NCBI RefSeq assembly: GCF_000981445.1
Contig: NC_027216.1
Span: 992,001-1,056,000, forward strand
DNA length: 64,000 nt
Reading direction: 5' to 3'
DNA from: Babesia bigemina
Taxonomy: Eukaryota
The notes beneath the pieces were generated by a model. That model was not told where the DNA came from, ran no database searches, and saw only the letters and a list, made by a program, of their open reading frames with translations. Below, piece by piece: positions 59,541 through 64,000 of this stretch; position 1 is the first letter of the stretch; each line of letters begins with the position of its first letter. A program made the position numbers and the translations under genes.

Positions 59541-62417
59541 ATGGCGCAATGTATGAGAGTCCAGTTGGCAATTTGCGCTATAGTTCTGCAGCTTATTGGA
59601 TTCATAGGCGCAGTGGAATATGGTTTCATTAATAATATGAGTTCTTTGGGTGCCAATCCCCTAGTTGTATACCACATAAACATGGATGAAATTGGGATAG
59701 CAACTCTGACATGCCCACGCCAAGTCAACGGAACTGAGTACGTATGGAATCCCCAACCAACAGCTGATCACGACGTCAGTCTCAAAACCTATGTGATTGA
59801 AGACGGTAAATTTCACTTCGTCCCTTTTTCAAAGGTAGTGGTCACCGAAGCACCACGCCCATATGTTCGGAAAGTGTCAAAGGAGTCGCAAACAGACTTG
59901 CATATCGATCTAATGGATGACGATATATATGCCATTACTGAAGAACGTTTAGTATTCATATGTGGTCCAAGGGATTTGGTCTTGACAGATGCTCTGCAAG
60001 GCCAACTTGCTCGCCTACCGGAGATTTATGAAACGGATATTTATTCATGGGATTCAACCACGCCATTGATTGAAGAAATAGCTAAGATAGGAATAAGCCT
60101 GGGTGTAATATTCTTGCACAGAGGCCTTAATCATCAATTACTGCAAGGCTGTGGAAGTCGTCCCTCGAAACTCTTTGCTCGAGATAATGACGTGACTGTA
60201 GACCCTATCACTGGCACACGTTCTTGTGTAGTAGATCCAATGTCGACATTACGCACTGGGTTCGTTTGCAAAGGCAGAATAGAACCGAACGATTGCATGA
60301 AATACCTCCTGTACGAAGACAGAGTGGTAACTGCTCCTCGACCATATTCGTATCGTTATTTTAATACCCATAAGCCTTGGGTGGTAGCTAGATATTTTAA
60401 TGACGTAGCATTACCCCGTTTCAACGGCGAATGTCGATGCATAGATCCTAAGACTGGTCACGTGAAAGCAAGGATGGAGATTCGTTGGAAAACTGAATAC
60501 GTTTGTGACATAGCTAGCATGATTGTTCGTAACAGGTTGAAGCCTATTAGTGGGCCGTGGTGTTCAGTAATGCTACATCCGGGTGCTACGTTGACCATTA
60601 AGTTGCCAAAACAGACAGACAAGTCGGCTGCTACCGGCGAAGAATACGAAGAAGACGTTGACGATATTGACTATGATCCTTCGACAGTTCCATTTTCGCA
60701 ACTTCCATCTACCCACGCATACGAAAGTGAATTCAAGCCGGACACGGAGTTGACGCTACGCCAAATACAAACGATTTATGACATCAATGATTACGACGAA
60801 ATCGTGACCAACAAAGCGTTCACTGGCGACGTGCTCGAGGTAGATATTTCACAAATGGAGAGAGGAGAGGTTAAGCTGAAGTACCATACGGGCAGACCTC
60901 TTGCATTACGAAGTGGATACAATTCGTTCTTATATCATTGGACATTCATATCTAGGAACGAATACGTTCTAGAAAAGATACGCGCTGTGGTGAACGTCTC
61001 ATTTGCGCCTACTTATCGCTACAATATTATTGGTTGTGACCGATGGAGGCCAGGTATGTTTGATCCGGCAAATGACGTTGGCTCTCTTACAATTAGAAAC
61101 ATGCGGAATGGTATAGGGAAAATAGCTGAATGGCTGTTAGATGTCATGAGTGGCGAGGAACAAGCGGGTATTCAATGCCAACCCAATGAGGAGCTGTTTC
61201 CAAACAATTGTGAGTCCACAGGATACGATCTTTCCTCCAATCAGGTTGCGCCATTCCCTACATCTGTGCGCAATGTCACACTTTACCCCGTTCGAGGATT
61301 TCAGGTATTCGAGATGAGCTTCCAAAATGTGCCTGTCAGTCACGCTTGCAGTTGTGTCGATGAACATGGATACGAGACATCTAGGCTAATTTTGAGATCC
61401 AACCGTCGTGAGGAGTATGAGTATACAGTAAGTCGTGAAGAGGCAAATCAAAGGTTGCTGCCCTACTCATTACTGCCCTGGACCGAGGTGGCTTTCTTAC
61501 ACGGCGATCGCACTCCTATGCAATCAATTAAGCTACACAACACACCCCATAGACCTATGAAACTACATTCGGGCACAGTATTATCCATGCGGTGTGTTAT
61601 GTACCACGCATTGTACAACGGTGAGAATAACGCTGCCGCAATGCCTACCTGGTTACCAGATTATCCTGGATTTAACCATTACAAAATATATACTACCGCA
61701 GAAGGAGATAGGTTAATTAAAAGGCCACACGACGAGAGTATAGCTGGCACAAGACGTGGATTCCAAGTCACGCTGTCAGAATACACAGAAGAATATAGTG
61801 ATTTGCTAATCAAATCCAACAGTGGCTCAATTTTGGTATCCAGGGATCCAGATCACTCGGAATACGTGCCCATGACATTCGTTTGTGGTAAGGAGATTTC
61901 AGAATCAGATTTTGATCAAAGCAACGATAACGCAGCTGCAGCTGCCATTCCCCCACCTGTAGCACTATTAGAGGAATACACGTGGAACGTAGTTCAAATT
62001 GACGTAGAGATGACGGACCCATACATGCAAGGGTGCGGAATTACTGACTCAAGAGATACTCTATTCAAGCCCGAGACACCCAAACTCTACAGCTCCATCA
62101 TACGACACCCTCGCGGCTGCAAGATCGACATTCAGACTGCGGGTGAGGCGGCGTTCTACTGCCCAGCACCGTACGTCCTGGACCCACCCAACTGCTTCGA
62201 CCAGGTCTCCGTGAACGGTGAAGTGAAGAACCTCAGCGACATCAGCCAGTCTTTGGTGGCTTCTCGAACTAAGCACTTCGTTACCTTGCGGTTCGACAGT
62301 GAACTCATTGGACCCGGGGAAAAGCTGCGCCAGACCCCGCCACTTGAATGCCGCTGCGTCACCGTCAAAGGCATCGTCCTCTCCACCATCCAGATTGGGA
62401 ACTACTACAACAAGTAA
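59541..62417 (+). CDS. Secreted Cys-rich protein with several s48/45 (6-Cys)-like domains, multicopy family
   Basis: N-terminal signal peptide; repeated GC...C...(F/I)xC....PxxC...CxC modules (e.g. MQGCG..CKIDI..FYCPAPYVLDPPNCFDQV..LECRC); paralog fragment at 1460-1882. Confidence 0.75.
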   Translation: MAQCMRVQLAICAIVLQLIGFIGAVEYGFINNMSSLGANPLVVYHINMDEIGIATLTCPRQVNGTEYVWNPQPTADHDVSLKTYVIEDGKFHFVPFSKVVVTEAPRPYVRKVSKESQTDLHIDLMDDDIYAITEERLVFICGPRDLVLTDALQGQLARLPEIYETDIYSWDSTTPLIEEIAKIGISLGVIFLHRGLNHQLLQGCGSRPSKLFARDNDVTVDPITGTRSCVVDPMSTLRTGFVCKGRIEPNDCMKYLLYEDRVVTAPRPYSYRYFNTHKPWVVARYFNDVALPRFNGECRCIDPKTGHVKARMEIRWKTEYVCDIASMIVRNRLKPISGPWCSVMLHPGATLTIKLPKQTDKSAATGEEYEEDVDDIDYDPSTVPFSQLPSTHAYESEFKPDTELTLRQIQTIYDINDYDEIVTNKAFTGDVLEVDISQMERGEVKLKYHTGRPLALRSGYNSFLYHWTFISRNEYVLEKIRAVVNVSFAPTYRYNIIGCDRWRPGMFDPANDVGSLTIRNMRNGIGKIAEWLLDVMSGEEQAGIQCQPNEELFPNNCESTGYDLSSNQVAPFPTSVRNVTLYPVRGFQVFEMSFQNVPVSHACSCVDEHGYETSRLILRSNRREEYEYTVSREEANQRLLPYSLLPWTEVAFLHGDRTPMQSIKLHNTPHRPMKLHSGTVLSMRCVMYHALYNGENNAAAMPTWLPDYPGFNHYKIYTTAEGDRLIKRPHDESIAGTRRGFQVTLSEYTEEYSDLLIKSNSGSILVSRDPDHSEYVPMTFVCGKEISESDFDQSNDNAAAAAIPPPVALLEEYTWNVVQIDVEMTDPYMQGCGITDSRDTLFKPETPKLYSSIIRHPRGCKIDIQTAGEAAFYCPAPYVLDPPNCFDQVSVNGEVKNLSDISQSLVASRTKHFVTLRFDSELIGPGEKLRQTPPLECRCVTVKGIVLSTIQIGNYYNK

Positions 62418-63352
62418 CAAGTAGCTCAGATTTGGTCACTCTTTTGGCAATGAACCACTTTAATTGTCATTGTTCATGTTGGTCGATCTGGTGGTTTGTG
62501 TCACGCGTGAGAGAATTGCTTTGGGTAGAGTGTTGCGATTATAATTGCCAGTCTAACGACATATTCTTGTGTTGTCGTAGCTTTTTGTAACTAGCGTGAA
62601 TGGCCATGGGCCCGGTGAAGACCGTACTGTGGAATTACATGTCACAACCACTTAGTTGGGCACTGTCTACCGCAGGCATTAGGAAGATGCAACTTAGAGG
62701 TTTGCATCTCCGTTCGCATTTTGAAACCTTAACAATGCCCTTAACACACGACAAAGAGCAATACGTGGTACCTTGAACGGGACTTCACTGAGCCCCCAAT
62801 TTGGGTGAGCAATTACTGCGGCGGTGCCTGAGCACGTTGGTCGACCGCTGGGAGTGGGTGGCTAGACCGTGTGGATTTCACCCTATTTAGGCGAATCTCG
62901 GTCATTCTTTGCCTATGTATGAGTTAATCTTCGGTGTGGTGGCATTTATCGTCAGCATCGTCATAAGTCTCGAGGTCGTAACCCCAGAATGCACCCTAGC
63001 AGAGGCTTTGAGGGGCGCCCCGCAAACATGGCCACCCACTTATTAGTTACCCCGCAGGAGTTGCTACGCAAGTGCGCACAATGCCAGTCTATGTCGGGTA
63101 TCCACATTTTCAGAGTTTGAGTGGAAGTGACTGCAATTTGATGGAGATTATGCTGGCACCATAACCAGTCATAGTTTAGTTAACCGTGATTAGCAAGAAC
63201 GTGCAGGAGCAGCCAGCATTGAAAGCACGCTTACGAGAGCGTACCTTGAGAGCAGCCGGGTTGTGTATCTCTACCTGAAGACGGTACTTTGAGGTTCAGG
63301 TACACTGCTAATTTTTGTCCGCGGCAGTGCTTTTGAAACCGTCACGTGCAAG

Positions 63353-64000
63353 ATGGCTGTGTCAGCAGCAGAGAATGAACAAACCTATCAGGCAGTAAGT
63401 GATTCTACGGACTGCAATAGTCATGCGAAACACAACGAGGATGGGAATGAGGGAATGCTGATGGATATTAGCGAAATGAAGGCAACGGTGGAGGATAAGA
63501 TGGAAACGAGGGAGTCGCTACAGGATATTAACGAAATGAAGGCAACGGTGGAGGATAAGATGGAAACGAGGGAGTCGCTACAGGATATTAACGAAATGAA
63601 GGCAACGGTGGAGGATAAGATGGAAACGAGGGAGTCGCTACAGGATATTAGCGAAATGAAGGCAACGGTGGAGGATAAGATGGAAACGAGGGAGTCGCTA
63701 CAGGATATTAACGAAATGAAGGCAACGGTGGAGGATAAGATGGAAACGAGGGAGTCGCTACAGGATATTAGCGAAATGAAGGCAACGGTGGAGGATAAGA
63801 TGGAAACGAGGGAGTCGCTACAGGATATTAACGAAATGAAGGCAACGGTGGAGGATAAGATGGAAACGAGGGAGTCGCTACAGGATATTAACGAAATGAA
63901 GGCAACGGTGGAGGATAAGATGGAAACGAGGGAGTCGCTACAGGATATGAGGGAAATGATGAAGTTGCTGAAGGATATGAGGGAAATGATGAAGTCGCTG
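63353..64000 (+). CDS. Tandem-repeat protein, 3'-partial; upstream exons are possible
   Basis: Open frame from ATG 63353 to the window end, encoding (D I [N/S] E M K A T V E D K M E T R E S L Q)x8 and then DMREMMKLLK-type units. Confidence 0.7.
   Translation, partial: MAVSAAENEQTYQAVSDSTDCNSHAKHNEDGNEGMLMDISEMKATVEDKMETRESLQDINEMKATVEDKMETRESLQDINEMKATVEDKMETRESLQDISEMKATVEDKMETRESLQDINEMKATVEDKMETRESLQDISEMKATVEDKMETRESLQDINEMKATVEDKMETRESLQDINEMKATVEDKMETRESLQDMREMMKLLKDMREMMKSL
63463..64000. repeat. Coding minisatellite: 8 near-identical 60-bp units followed by 30-bp units
   Basis: Directly visible; the 60-bp units differ at a single A/G position. Confidence 0.98.

Noticed and set aside
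63463..63948. CRISPR-like regular array
   Set aside because: There are no unique spacers; the units are contiguous and near-identical within an open frame of a eukaryotic genome

Overview
Eukaryotic, intron-containing DNA from a piroplasm. It is most likely Babesia sensu stricto (B. bigemina/B. ovata-like), judged from the ves-type genes, the s48/45 6-Cys-like family and the many ~34-36 nt introns. A dense housekeeping core (~7.0-57.7 kb) encodes apicoplast-type IleRS, an SLX4-like SAP protein, mitochondrial uL6, TAF7, a Ras-like GTPase, TRM1, SERCA, ferlin, MAT1, a probable INTS7, MTR4, LUC7, ALG13, a DnaJ protein, a GBP-like GTPase, SNW1, DPY19 and a BI-1 family protein. The core is flanked by two accessory islands (1-7 kb and 58-64 kb) carrying ves-like genes and fragments, an intact and a broken 6-Cys-like gene, and a tandem-repeat protein. 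The main finding is that both islands contain at least five or six decayed, mutually homologous fragments resembling the 3' end of a restriction-like-endonuclease (RLE) non-LTR retrotransposon. They show an RH motif, a PD..E..K nuclease motif, an IPYVMTWEG motif and shared 3' termini with short TAA tails. Piroplasms are usually regarded as transposon-poor or transposon-free. All family assignments come from manual motif recognition; no searches were run.
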